Assembly (NCBI GenBank): GCA_963740355.1
Contig: CAVUDW010000003.1
Coordinates: 384,001 to 448,000, forward strand
Length of the DNA stretch: 64,000 bases
DNA from: an uncultured Gemmatimonadaceae bacterium
GTDB lineage: Bacteria > Gemmatimonadota > Gemmatimonadetes > Gemmatimonadales > Gemmatimonadaceae
Direction of reading: 5' to 3'
In this document: piece by piece, positions 1-9,625 of the stretch
How positions within the stretch are numbered: position 1 is the stretch's first letter
Layout: each line of letters starts with the position of its first letter
The notes under the pieces: generated by a model
Database searches by the model: none
What the model was told of the DNA's origin: nothing
Seen by the model: only the letters and a program-made list of their open reading frames with translations
Made by a program: the position numbers and the translations under genes

Positions 1-1000
1 CTCTGGTCGTCATGCTATCGGGATCACTGGCACCATCCGCGCGCGGTGCCGTTCCAGGAATCATCGGCCCCCAGATCCCAGCCGACGCCATCCATCGCTC
101 CGAGGACAACGTCTGGAGCGACCCGTCGATGAGGGTGAGCACGACGCTCGGCCGCATCAGCTCGACTCGCCACGTCGGCGGCGAGGCTACCTCTACCGGC
201 AGTGTCACCCGACCCGCCGCACACTCAGGCTGGCTGACGAGTGGCATGCGCAGTGCCACGGACTGCACGGCACTGTCGGAAACTTCAGGCGTCGGCACCT
301 GTGTTTGTTCGCCCAGCGTGAGCGCAGGCACGACCACGACACTGACGCCACTGAACAGCAACATCCCCCGACGCGCCACAGACCACTTGGGCTGCAAGTA
401 CGCGCGCGCGAACAGCACTCCGCTGCCCGCGGCCATCAGACAGGTCACAGTCGCCCACATCGGAAGCGTGAGTGCGCGATGTGCGCCGCCCATTGCAAGT
501 GTGCCGCCCAATGTCAACGCGAACGTCACACCGAGCAGTAGTCCGACTGCCGTCAGACTCGAACAGGCGGTGGCAAGAACCGCAGTACCAAGAAGTAGAA
601 TCGCGAAGTACGTGAACGACGCCCCCGCGACCGCATCTGCCGACACCACACGCAATTGCCATCCGGTCAGCGCGACCAGGATTGCCATGGCGCACATGGT
701 CAACAGCAACAGGAGGAATAGCAGCTTCGATGCGATCACGGCGGAGGCCCTGATCGGCTGTGTCGCCCAGAACGCGTCAACGCGCTGCGTCGAGTCGGCG
801 AGGACGGTCGTCGCCACCAGCAGAGACGCGAGCAGCATCACGAGCTGCCCAACGGCGAATAGCAGACTTGGGATCGGCCGGAGTACCTCGGTTGCCGTCC
901 CGACCGCCAATAGTAGTGTCGCGATGTACGCCACCAACGGCCAGGTCGTGCGACGAAGTTCGCGCCGCAAGAGATGCAGGACTTCAGCGGTCCAGCTCAT
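1..1000 (-). CDS. ABC-2-type transporter permease / multi-TM membrane protein (runs off window edge)
   Basis: Not in the ORF track. Translated by hand from ATG 1000 (ATGA overlap with the ATPase stop): MSWTAEVLHLLRRELRRTTWPLVAYIATLLLAV...DAFWATQPIRASAVIASKLLFLL, with several hydrophobic helices. Confidence 0.75.
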   Translation of the reverse strand, partial: MSWTAEVLHLLRRELRRTTWPLVAYIATLLLAVGTATEVLRPIPSLLFAVGQLVMLLASLLVATTVLADSTQRVDAFWATQPIRASAVIASKLLFLLLLLTMCAMAILVALTGWQLRVVSADAVAGASFTYFAILLLGTAVLATACSSLTAVGLLLGVTFALTLGGTLAMGGAHRALTLPMWATVTCLMAAGSGVLFARAYLQPKWSVARRGMLLFSGVSVVVVPALTLGEQTQVPTPEVSDSAVQSVALRMPLVSQPECAAGRVTLPVEVASPPTWRVELMRPSVVLTLIDGSLQTLSSERWMASAGIWGPMIPGTAPRADGASDPDSMTTR

Positions 1001-1920
1001 GCCACCTCCGCCTCTTCCGTCGGTCGACGACGGCCCTGCACAACCGTCGAAAACAGGTCTCGAAGTGCCATGTCTTCCACCAGCACCGAGTCCGCACTCG
1101 CGTAGCGGCGGAGGAGCATCGCAGCGTCCAGCGGCGTTCTTTCGGTATCGGCAACGATGCGCAACATGCGCCCCGACCGAGCGATTTCCATCCAAGACTG
1201 CTCACCCGAGACTGCGCGGAGCACCTCGTCGTTGCCCAACACGGTGATCCGGCGATACCGAGCCCGCAGTTCCTCCACGGAGCCCGCAACATGCACCCTT
1301 CCAGCACTCAGGATCGCCGCGTGACTGAGGACCGACTCGATCTCGGCGATATCATGCGTTGCGATGAGGATGGTCGTCCCGGTCGCTGCAGCACTGGCGA
1401 GAAGACCGCGCGCGATTTCGTCGCGCGATACCGCGTCGATGCCGGTGAGTGGCTCGTCCATGAACAGCACCTGTGGCTGCGCGGCGAGCGCGCACAATAG
1501 TGCTGCCTTCATGCATTCACCACGCGACAGGCTGGTGAGGGCTCGCGTTGCATCGAGGCCAAAGCGTTCACGCAATGACGTCGCCAGCTCCGCGTCCCAT
1601 CGCCTGTGCAGCGGCGCCACCCAGCGTTCGAGCCCCTGAAGCGTCAACTCTCGCGGCAGCTCCATGCCGGCCGATACGTATCCGATCACGCCACGCACGA
1701 TCAGCGACCGTCGGACGCTGTCCTCGCCGCCGATAAGGACGCGACCCGCATCCGGTGTGCGAAGACCGGCGCAGCACTGTAGCAGCGTGGTCTTTCCCGC
1801 GCCGTTTGCGCCCAAGAGACCAAGGATGGCGCCGGACGGAACGTCCATCGTCACGTTGCACAGCGCCTCGGTATTTCGGTCGTAGCGGTACGAGAGTCCC
1901 GCAATGGCCACGTCGCTCAT
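997..1920 (-). CDS. ABC transporter ATP-binding protein (YtrB-like)
   Basis: Walker A GANGAGKTT, signature LSRGE, Walker B LFMDEP, H-loop ATHD. Confidence 0.95.
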   Translation of the reverse strand: MSDVAIAGLSYRYDRNTEALCNVTMDVPSGAILGLLGANGAGKTTLLQCCAGLRTPDAGRVLIGGEDSVRRSLIVRGVIGYVSAGMELPRELTLQGLERWVAPLHRRWDAELATSLRERFGLDATRALTSLSRGECMKAALLCALAAQPQVLFMDEPLTGIDAVSRDEIARGLLASAAATGTTILIATHDIAEIESVLSHAAILSAGRVHVAGSVEELRARYRRITVLGNDEVLRAVSGEQSWMEIARSGRMLRIVADTERTPLDAAMLLRRYASADSVLVEDMALRDLFSTVVQGRRRPTEEAEVA

Positions 1921-2369
1921 CGACGAGTTCCGCGTGTAGTTGGTACTGGCCGCGGCACGGCGACATCATGCGTCCCAGTGCGTCTTTCGTCGCCGAACAC
2001 GGATCGCCATGTCGAGTCGACCTCGGCCAGCAACGCCTCATTGCCCAAGCCGAGCCGGCGCGCCTCGACGACGAGTTGCTCGACGCTGGCGGAGAGCTGC
2101 AATCGCCGTTCTGGATCGGGCGACCGCGGCCCTGCTGTGACCACGGTTCCCACCCCGGTACGGACGGCCAGGAAACCGTCGCGGACCAATTCGGCGATCA
2201 CCTTCTGAACCGTGTTGGGGTGCAGCTTGAGCTCTTCGCTCAATTCGCGCACTGACGGGAATGGGTCGCCCGCCCGCATGCCGCCGGCGAGAATGGCCTT
2301 GGAGGCAGCGAATACGACCTGTTTGACAGGTGATTCACCGGGCTGGATCAGAACGGGGAACGGAAGCAT
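1917..2369 (-). CDS. GntR family transcriptional regulator, YtrA subfamily
   Basis: GDPFPSVRELSEELKLHPNTVQK wHTH, short C-terminus, directly upstream of ABC genes; start taken at ATG 2369. Confidence 0.92.
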   Translation of the reverse strand: MLPFPVLIQPGESPVKQVVFAASKAILAGGMRAGDPFPSVRELSEELKLHPNTVQKVIAELVRDGFLAVRTGVGTVVTAGPRSPDPERRLQLSASVEQLVVEARRLGLGNEALLAEVDSTWRSVFGDERRTGTHDVAVPRPVPTTRGTRR

Positions 2370-2404
2370 AGGTGTACCATGGCACCTGTTACACCTGTTG
2401 TCAA
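2370..2404 (-). promoter_or_regulatory. sigma70 promoter with overlapping YtrA-type operator
   Basis: Minus strand TTGACA (2404-2399), 17 bp, CATGGT (2381-2376); inverted repeat AGGTGTA-N13-TACACCT at 2370-2396. Confidence 0.7.
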
Positions 2405-2641
2405 CTGCGCGCCAAGGGGACTCCGTCAAGCAGGTCGAGGCCGCAATTGCCGCGCTGAGACATCTGGCAGAGGATGCTTCATTGCTCGCACCTTCGTCCC
2501 GCCGCGCGCCACGACGCATCCCCGCCGCGCATGACGAACGATTGACGCGACTTGGCCCAAAGTGCGACTTTCGCTCCAGACGGCGGCTCCGCGACCGGCG
2601 CCGCACGACATTACTCACGACTGCGCTCGGGAGCGCCCGCG

Positions 2642-3859
2642 ATGACCGTAGCGGCACGTTCGGCATGGAGCATAGGACTCGCAGCCAGCGCACTCACCGT
2701 GCCGCTGTCGGCGCAGATTTCGCACCGCGACAGCGCTGGGATTCGCATCACGACGAGCAATTCGCCCAGTAGCCCGGCGAACGCAGTGGTGCTTGCGCCG
2801 TCGCCGAGAGTTGTCTTTGGATCACCGACCGACGGCAACCTCCGGCTTCAAGCCATTCGGTTTGTCACGGTGCTCAGCAACGGCCGGGTTGCCATCGCCG
2901 ACGAGGCGACGGGCCAGCTCCATTACTTCAACCCCGACGGTGCGCTGCTGTACACTCGCGCCGGACTCGGCACTGCTCCTGATCAGATTCCGAGCATGCG
3001 CAGAGTTCGTCGCACAATCGGCGATACCATAGCCATCGCCACCGGAAGGACGGCGGTGGTCCGCTTCGACTGCGCCGGCGTCAAAGTCGACACCGGCATC
3101 ACCCCATCTCCGTCTGGCCCACCTCGCGAGATGGTCGCGGATCTACTCGCAACGGGCCACCACGTGTTGGCCACGCTCAGCCCGATGGAAGAGCGACCAC
3201 GTGGCGAAATCTGGGTCGCTTCTCTGCCCCTTTCCCTCCGCGCACCGTCATCCGCGGCCAGCGTCGATCTTGGTGCACTGCCCATGAACGAAATGGAGCA
3301 GACGACGTCTGGCCCTGCCCCGAGATGGTTGTCACCAGTCGGCGTCCTGACGAGCAATTCGTCACGCATATATTTCGGCTTCGGGTCGCGATACGAGGTC
3401 CACGCGTACTCGCTTGACGGGAAACTCCGATCGATCATTCGCCGCGCCTGGACACCAGTCCCGATCAGCAACGAGGACTGGGAAACGTGGGTGGTTGAAT
3501 GGTCCAAGCGGTGGATCAGGACGACGGGCGAGGAACGCGTGCGCGATCTACAGGCCATGCGAGACGCGCCGTGGGCCGACAAGCTGCCCGCGTTTTCGCA
3601 GCTACTTGCAGATCGTGTCGGCCGGTTGTGGGTGCGACGCGCTCACTGGCAGGACGCCATCGCCGCCGGCTCACTGACTGACATTCCGGTCGTACCCAGT
3701 GAGTGGTCGGTGTTCGACGACCGTGGGATCTGGCTTTACGACGTAACGATGCCCGCGTACTTCGAGCCGTTCGAAATCGGACGTGATTACGTCGCGGGAC
3801 GCATCGTGAATGACAAGCAGCAGGTGGGGGCAATCTTTGATCTCGCTCCCGCACGATGA
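2642..3859 (+). CDS. Secreted 6-bladed beta-propeller-like protein
   Basis: Signal peptide (..LTVPLSA-Q); RDSAGIRI start; NHL-like blades (GRVAIAD, HYFNPDG, DRVGRLWV, WSVFDDRG). Confidence 0.7.
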   Translation: MTVAARSAWSIGLAASALTVPLSAQISHRDSAGIRITTSNSPSSPANAVVLAPSPRVVFGSPTDGNLRLQAIRFVTVLSNGRVAIADEATGQLHYFNPDGALLYTRAGLGTAPDQIPSMRRVRRTIGDTIAIATGRTAVVRFDCAGVKVDTGITPSPSGPPREMVADLLATGHHVLATLSPMEERPRGEIWVASLPLSLRAPSSAASVDLGALPMNEMEQTTSGPAPRWLSPVGVLTSNSSRIYFGFGSRYEVHAYSLDGKLRSIIRRAWTPVPISNEDWETWVVEWSKRWIRTTGEERVRDLQAMRDAPWADKLPAFSQLLADRVGRLWVRRAHWQDAIAAGSLTDIPVVPSEWSVFDDRGIWLYDVTMPAYFEPFEIGRDYVAGRIVNDKQQVGAIFDLAPAR

Positions 3860-3916
3860 CGCCGGAATTCAAGCGGCACTGTTGATTGGCAAGTCAGGTC
3901 ACCTGATCACGCGGGA

Positions 3917-4813
3917 CTATTTGGCGATCCAGAACGGATCCTTCGCCCCCACAAACCCCACCGGCACTTCCTTCACGAACGACTGCAACCACCGCGTCGC
4001 ATCCTCCATGCCCGGCTGCTCGGAAGGGATGTGCCCGATGATGATCAGCGCACGACGCTGCCCGGCCGCGATCGCGTCATCGATGTACTCCACCGTTTCC
4101 CATTCCCGCGCCTCTCCGATCACCAGCAGTTGCACCGTCGAATCGCGCATCGCGAGGCGGTGCGCCGGGAACCCCGCCGCGCCTGGCACCAGCATGACGT
4201 CCGTCACCGACAACGTTGGATCCCCGACAACGCGCATCGCATGTGCACCAAGTTTGCGCCGGATACTGTCGGCGAGCACCGCCAGCGTCGTCGCGGGCAT
4301 GCGAAAGCGCCACGATACCGCGTGATCCTGAAACGATTGCCAGCCGAGCGCGCGAACGACACCGGTCATGATGATGTCCGGGCGCATACGGTGCGCGTAG
4401 TCGTGGAATCGCCACACCACCATGTGGTGCTCGGTGATGAACTTGAGCTTCGCGGCAGTCACGGCGTCACTCTCGCGCACCAGCGTGCCGGTCGAATCGA
4501 GATGGTCGTAGAAGGTCGGCTCGTGCGTGATCACGAGATTCTTGCCTTCACGCGCAGCCCGCTGCAGCACGTCGAGGGTCGCCATCATCGTCACGGCGAT
4601 ACCGGTGACCGGCGTGTTCGCGTCGCCGGCCTTGATGGTATCGACCGTAGGGAGCGTCCACGCCACGCCGACGTTTGCCTTGATGCGGTCGATGACCTGC
4701 TGGGCGGTGATCGCCTGTGCGCGCAGCGGAATGGATGCCGCGAGGCAGAGCATCGACGCGAGTCCGATGCAGCGCGCAAAACCGGTGGCGCGGACGACCA
4801 TGGGTGACCTCAT
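3917..4813 (-). CDS. Nif3/DUF34-like dinuclear metal-centre protein with signal peptide
   Basis: PVTGIAVT, NLVITHEPTFY, RFHD and IGHIPSEQPG metal-ligand motifs. Confidence 0.9.
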   Translation of the reverse strand: MRSPMVVRATGFARCIGLASMLCLAASIPLRAQAITAQQVIDRIKANVGVAWTLPTVDTIKAGDANTPVTGIAVTMMATLDVLQRAAREGKNLVITHEPTFYDHLDSTGTLVRESDAVTAAKLKFITEHHMVVWRFHDYAHRMRPDIIMTGVVRALGWQSFQDHAVSWRFRMPATTLAVLADSIRRKLGAHAMRVVGDPTLSVTDVMLVPGAAGFPAHRLAMRDSTVQLLVIGEAREWETVEYIDDAIAAGQRRALIIIGHIPSEQPGMEDATRWLQSFVKEVPVGFVGAKDPFWIAK

Positions 4814-4927
4814 CGCATTCGGGAGAGTGGGAACGGTGAAACTACCGCACTGCCACCCCGTACCTCACGATCTCCGCTGGATCTCCGCCGACATCTTCGC
4901 CACTCCGGCACTCAATCCCGTGTCTCG

Positions 4928-6166
4928 ATGCACTCTCGCCCGCTCACGTTGTCTCGCTCGCTGTCCTTGCTCGCGACTGCGGCGGCCCTGCTCGCGTCGT
5001 GTGCCGGTCCGGTCGGCGGAAGATCGGGTGCTGTGACCGCGCTCGCTCCCCTGCGCAGCGTCGAGCCAGGCGGCGACCGTCGCGATCTCGAACCGCTTGG
5101 CACACTCGTCGGCAATGCGCGCGTCGTCGCCCTCGGCGAACCAGCTCATGGCGTCCACGAGCCGCTCGCGCTTCGCAACCGCGTCTTCGAGTATCTGGTC
5201 ACTGACCTTGGGTTTACCGCAATTGCACTCGAAGCGCCGTTTCCGGAAATGCGGCGCGTCAGCGAGTATGTCGCCGGCGGTCCGGGCACAGCCGAGTCGG
5301 TGCTGGCGGAGAGTCGCGGGTGGGGCGCGCAGCCGCTGGAGGAGAACCTGCAGCTGCTGCGTTGGATGCGAGCCTGGAACACGACACCGGGCCGCAAGCG
5401 CGCGATCAGGTTGTATGCAATCGACTTGAGTTACACCGGCCCGTTCGGGACGCACCCGACGCCGGCCGCGCTCGAAATGGCGCTCGCCTACGTGCGCCAC
5501 GTCGACACCGCGTCCGCGCGCGTGCTCGATCCCACGTTCGAACCGTGGCTTCGCCGATTGTCGAACCCGATGTTGCCGGTCAGTCGGTCGGAGCACGACG
5601 TGATGACGGCCGCCGTGGACGATCTTGTAGCGCTGCTCGAGCGTCAACGCGTGACGTACGTTGCCGCGGGATCAGCCGCTGAGTACGAGTGGGCGCACCG
5701 GGCGGCGATCGTCGCGCAACAGGCAGACCGCATGTTTCGCGTGGCGCCCGATGCACCGCCAGAAGGGCCGATTCCCCGCGATGCGTGGCGAGCGATCAAT
5801 GCGCGGGATGCCGCGATGGCGGAGAATGTGATGTGGGCATTGCGGCAGGAAGAGCCGGATGGGCGCGTGCTCGTCATCGCGCACAACGTGCACGTGCAAG
5901 GTGCACCGAACACCGCGGGACCATGGTCCGCCCTCGAACGTCTGCCGACGTCGATGGGGGAGCAGCTGCGTCTCTCGCTCGGCCCCCGTCTGGTCAGCAT
6001 CGCGAGCAGCGATGCGGCGTCTTCGGAAGCGCTTGGTGTCACCGCAGTCCAGCGCACGCGGCCGCGACCGTTCCTGGTGGACCTTCGATCGAAGTGGGCT
6101 GGCTTTGATGGGGTGGTGGTGATGGACTCGCTCACCGCGGCAAAGCCTGTGCGCAAGGGAAACTGA
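4928..6166 (+). CDS. Erythromycin esterase (EreA/EreB-like) family lipoprotein
   Basis: Lipobox LLASC; VVALGEPAHG, GFTAIALE, RDAAMAENV, AHNVHV motifs. Confidence 0.88.
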   Translation: MHSRPLTLSRSLSLLATAAALLASCAGPVGGRSGAVTALAPLRSVEPGGDRRDLEPLGTLVGNARVVALGEPAHGVHEPLALRNRVFEYLVTDLGFTAIALEAPFPEMRRVSEYVAGGPGTAESVLAESRGWGAQPLEENLQLLRWMRAWNTTPGRKRAIRLYAIDLSYTGPFGTHPTPAALEMALAYVRHVDTASARVLDPTFEPWLRRLSNPMLPVSRSEHDVMTAAVDDLVALLERQRVTYVAAGSAAEYEWAHRAAIVAQQADRMFRVAPDAPPEGPIPRDAWRAINARDAAMAENVMWALRQEEPDGRVLVIAHNVHVQGAPNTAGPWSALERLPTSMGEQLRLSLGPRLVSIASSDAASSEALGVTAVQRTRPRPFLVDLRSKWAGFDGVVVMDSLTAAKPVRKGN

Positions 6167-6190
6167 GCGGCATGGCGGTGCGCATGCCGC
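6167..6190. terminator. Hairpin between convergent genes
   Basis: GCGGCATG-N8-CATGCCGC immediately after the esterase stop. Confidence 0.5.
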
Positions 6191-6224
6191 CGGAGCGCGC
6201 ATCGTCCTGCTCGACGGCACCCCC

Positions 6225-6701
6225 TCAGTCGCGCACCTGGACAATGAGATCCATCTCGATGCACGCACCAAATGGTGCCTGCGCCACGCCAATCGCACTG
6301 CGGGAGTGTGCGCCCCGCGCACCGAACACGTCGACGAAGAGCTCCGACGCGCCGTTCGCGACCACCTGCGGGTCGGTGAAGTCCAGCGTGCAGTTGACCA
6401 TGGCGAACAGCCGCACGATCCGCTCCACCTTGTCGAGATCTCCCACGGCCTCCTTCACGACGGCCAGCAGCTCGATCGCGATCCCGCGGGCCGCCTCCTT
6501 CCCCTCAGTCATGCTGATGCCGTCACCAAGCTTCCCCACCAACACCGCGCCGTCGCGCTTGGCGAGCCGACCTGACAGGTAGAGCAAGCCATCAGCGCGC
6601 ACCCACGGCACGAATGACGGTGTGTAGCCCGCGACCACAGGAGGCGCGATATCAGGCAACTCGATCTGTAGTGCACTGAGTCGGTCAGCAATGGTCGTCA
6701 C
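6225..6701 (-). CDS. RidA/YjgF family imine deaminase
   Basis: LLYLSG, VANGASELFVDVFG..GAHSRSAIG, IEMDLI. Confidence 0.93.
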   Translation of the reverse strand: MTTIADRLSALQIELPDIAPPVVAGYTPSFVPWVRADGLLYLSGRLAKRDGAVLVGKLGDGISMTEGKEAARGIAIELLAVVKEAVGDLDKVERIVRLFAMVNCTLDFTDPQVVANGASELFVDVFGARGAHSRSAIGVAQAPFGACIEMDLIVQVRD

Positions 6702-6755
6702 GGTATGCTCCAGTTGATGTTGCGTCGCGGACAGCAGCGCGGGGCGCCAGCGGAG

Positions 6756-7919
6756 TCACGAAAAGCTCCGCACGACGTCGACAAGCTGCTCGATGTGATC
6801 TTCGGTGTTGAACAGATGCGGCGACACGCGAATTCGGCCCGAGCGGAGGCTTACGACCACCCCCTGCTCGCGGAGAATACGATGGAGCGACGCCGTGCGC
6901 TCCGTCGTCTCCGCCACGAAGCATCCATAGGGCCCGCGCTGCTGCGCATCCAGCGGGCTGGCTGGCGTGCATGACTTCGGAAGTTCCGCGAAGAGGGTGT
7001 CAATCAGTACCCGGTTGTGCACGAACACACTCTCCGCACCCACCTGGCACACGAAGCTCGCCGACGCGTCGAAGGCCGTAAGATTCAGGTTGAAATAGCT
7101 CGCAGTCTCGGCTGCGTCGAACCGCCTCGCGGCGTGGGTCGGCGTCGGGTTCACCATGTTCAACGCCCCAAAACTCCCGATATCCTGGCCAGTCCAATAG
7201 AACGGCCCTGGGCGGAGTCGATCGAGTTGCTCGCGCCGCGCCCACATGAATCCAGTTCCGTACGGACTCAGCAGCCACTTGTAGCCAGCACAGACCACGA
7301 CGTCGGCGCCAAGCGCCTGGACGTCCAACGGGATCGCACCACACGACTGTGTGATATCGAGTACGAAGACGATGCCATGCGCTCGGCACGCCTCAGCGAC
7401 TCGAGCGGCATCAAGGCGCGACGCATCGTCGAATCGCACATGACTGATAGAGATCACCCGCGTCCTCGGCGTGATTGCCGAGACGATGTCATCAGCCGTG
7501 ATGATCGGCCCCGCCGGCGAGACAATCGTCAGCTTGATGCCCTCTCGCTGCTCCAGCGGCTTCCATGTGGCGTACTGCAACGGGAACTCACCCGCAGCCG
7601 TGATCACCTCATCACCACGCCGCCACTCCAGGCCATGCACCACATTCAGCAAGCCGGCGCTGGCCCCGGTGTTGAGCGATATCTCGTCCGCCGGTGCACC
7701 GATCAACTGGCCGAGGGACTGCCGCAACCGATTCGAGGGCGTGAAGTATTCGGCGTCGGGCGATAGGTGCGGACTCCGCTTCACCGTGAGCGCTTTCTGC
7801 ACCGCGTCGTACGACGTCGTCGGTAGCGCTCCCTGCGCGGCCGTGTTCAGGTAGACGGCATCGTCGATCGGCGCCCAGTGATCGCGCCACGCAGTGTGGA
7901 CGGACAGGTTGGCGCTCAT
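6756..7919 (-). CDS. PLP-dependent aminotransferase class V (cysteine desulfurase-like)
   Basis: YLNTAAQG, LDITQSCG, AGYKWLLSPYG (PLP lysine), RVSPHLFN. Confidence 0.92.
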   Translation of the reverse strand: MSANLSVHTAWRDHWAPIDDAVYLNTAAQGALPTTSYDAVQKALTVKRSPHLSPDAEYFTPSNRLRQSLGQLIGAPADEISLNTGASAGLLNVVHGLEWRRGDEVITAAGEFPLQYATWKPLEQREGIKLTIVSPAGPIITADDIVSAITPRTRVISISHVRFDDASRLDAARVAEACRAHGIVFVLDITQSCGAIPLDVQALGADVVVCAGYKWLLSPYGTGFMWARREQLDRLRPGPFYWTGQDIGSFGALNMVNPTPTHAARRFDAAETASYFNLNLTAFDASASFVCQVGAESVFVHNRVLIDTLFAELPKSCTPASPLDAQQRGPYGCFVAETTERTASLHRILREQGVVVSLRSGRIRVSPHLFNTEDHIEQLVDVVRSFS

Positions 7920-8788
7920 AGCGTCGCCCCACGGCGCGCGCTCGCATCGTCACCTACAGGCGGTACCACATCAGTCAGGCGCGCGGCCAGAAACGCCAGC
8001 ACCTCGTCGCGTGCCGCGATCGTTGGTGAGCCAGCGGTATCAGTCAGGTGCACCGTGAGGACACTGTGCGGGAAATTGACGTGCTCAGCGAAGAACGGAG
8101 GTGCGTCATCAAGGTTCGCGGCCTCGTCCGGGAGGACGCGAGCGACGAAGCAATCGCCAAGCGCCGCCGCGTAGGCATCGAACCGCGCGGCGGTGCAGAC
8201 GCGATCACCACTGAAGCGAAGTCCCAGCACGGAAAGCTGCTCGCGCTCGCAGCGCGCCTTCACCGCGGCCAGATCACTCGGCGAAATCTCGAGGCCAGAT
8301 GGGATGTCGAACGGCAGGCTCGGCTGTGACAGCACGGGAGCCAGCATCGCAGGCTCGAGCATCATGCTGAGGGCGAAGTTGCCCGTGAAACACATCCCCA
8401 CCGCGCCGACTCCTCGTCCGCCACATTGCGCATGCGCCTGCCGCGCTAGCGCTCGCAGCCAGCTGCAGATGGGGCTTGTTGCGCCCGCGCCAAGGGCGCG
8501 GAACTCCGCACTGACGCACGCGCGCTTGAAGACGTTGCGTCCCTCTTCCGCGCTCACGTCGGCGCCATCGACGCCGAAGAGCGACGGCACGTACACCGTG
8601 AACCCGGCGTCCCGGACCCAGCGCGCAAAGCGCAGCAGCTGTGGGCTGATGCCGGGCATTTCGTGCAGCACGATGACGGCGGGACCGACACCGGCGACGA
8701 ACACGGTGCGCGTCACTCCATCGAGGAGCACGCGACGATTCACAAAATCAGCGAAACTGGCGACTGGCGCGGAGTCGAAGGATGTCAT
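7916..8788 (-). CDS. Dienelactone hydrolase family protein
   Basis: VLHEMPG, nucleophile GMCFTG, HSVLT. Confidence 0.92.
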   Translation of the reverse strand: MTSFDSAPVASFADFVNRRVLLDGVTRTVFVAGVGPAVIVLHEMPGISPQLLRFARWVRDAGFTVYVPSLFGVDGADVSAEEGRNVFKRACVSAEFRALGAGATSPICSWLRALARQAHAQCGGRGVGAVGMCFTGNFALSMMLEPAMLAPVLSQPSLPFDIPSGLEISPSDLAAVKARCEREQLSVLGLRFSGDRVCTAARFDAYAAALGDCFVARVLPDEAANLDDAPPFFAEHVNFPHSVLTVHLTDTAGSPTIAARDEVLAFLAARLTDVVPPVGDDASARRGATL

Positions 8789-8927
8789 GGAACGCAACGT
8801 CGCGCTCAGCGCCGAACAGTACAAGCGTCATAATTACCACCTATCGGGGCTTTTCCGCCATATGCCATTCAGGCAATCGCCAACCCACCGTCGCGCGTAA
8901 AAGTCGCTCTGTGACGCGAGGTACGCT

Positions 8928-9449
8928 CTACCGCTGCAACACGCGCAAGTACGCGCACCACGGACCGACGGCGTCCCGATACTGCGACGCCATGACGCGC
9001 GCGATCTGCGCGAGATGCGACAGGTCGTGCGTCGCCCACGTCGCGAGCAACTGACGCAGCAGAACAGTCCCGAACGCCGGGTGCACCGCGGTGCGGTCCA
9101 GCTCCGCGTCGGACAGCGCCCATCCTGACAGCTCAGCGAGACACGCGGCTCGCGTCTCCTCGAACTCCGTCAGCAGTTCGAGGAGACCGCGTCCTGCCGT
9201 GACATCGAGCCCCGCGCCAGGATCGAACACTGGCAGCGCCCGTGCGCCGTCCGCGAGGAAGATTCGTGCGCGGGGGACCCAGTTAGTCCGATCGGTGACG
9301 ATGAGATGTGCGACGACCTGCGTCGGGCTCCACGTGCCGGGGCCCTCAGATGCTTCCGTCCAGGTGGTTGGAAGGTCTGCGAGCAGCGAGCGCAGCACAT
9401 GTGGCGTGCGCGACAACACTGCGACTGCATCGGGAAGTGCGAAAGTCAT
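8928..9449 (-). CDS. DinB family protein
   Basis: WSPTQVVAHL, WATHDLSHLAQI; start could be 9488. Confidence 0.9.
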   Translation of the reverse strand: MTFALPDAVAVLSRTPHVLRSLLADLPTTWTEASEGPGTWSPTQVVAHLIVTDRTNWVPRARIFLADGARALPVFDPGAGLDVTAGRGLLELLTEFEETRAACLAELSGWALSDAELDRTAVHPAFGTVLLRQLLATWATHDLSHLAQIARVMASQYRDAVGPWCAYLRVLQR

Positions 9450-9625
9450 GGCGATTGGCGCGAATGCGTCAGGAATGAAGGTCTGCATCGGCACGCGACT
9501 GAAGTGTGCGTTGTGCGCCCGAACCTATGCGTCATCTCTCGCGCGCGCACCTGCCGCACCGTGGCGAGAAATCCCCGAAAGGTGTCGCTTTTGCACCTCG
9601 ACTTCTGCGCCTCCGGTACTCATCA

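Noticed and set aside
12..1247. Long shadow ORFs (e.g. 12..1247 +, 19803..21356 -, 44083..45459 +)
   Set aside because: Antisense to well-supported genes, no motifs, and expected at high GC.
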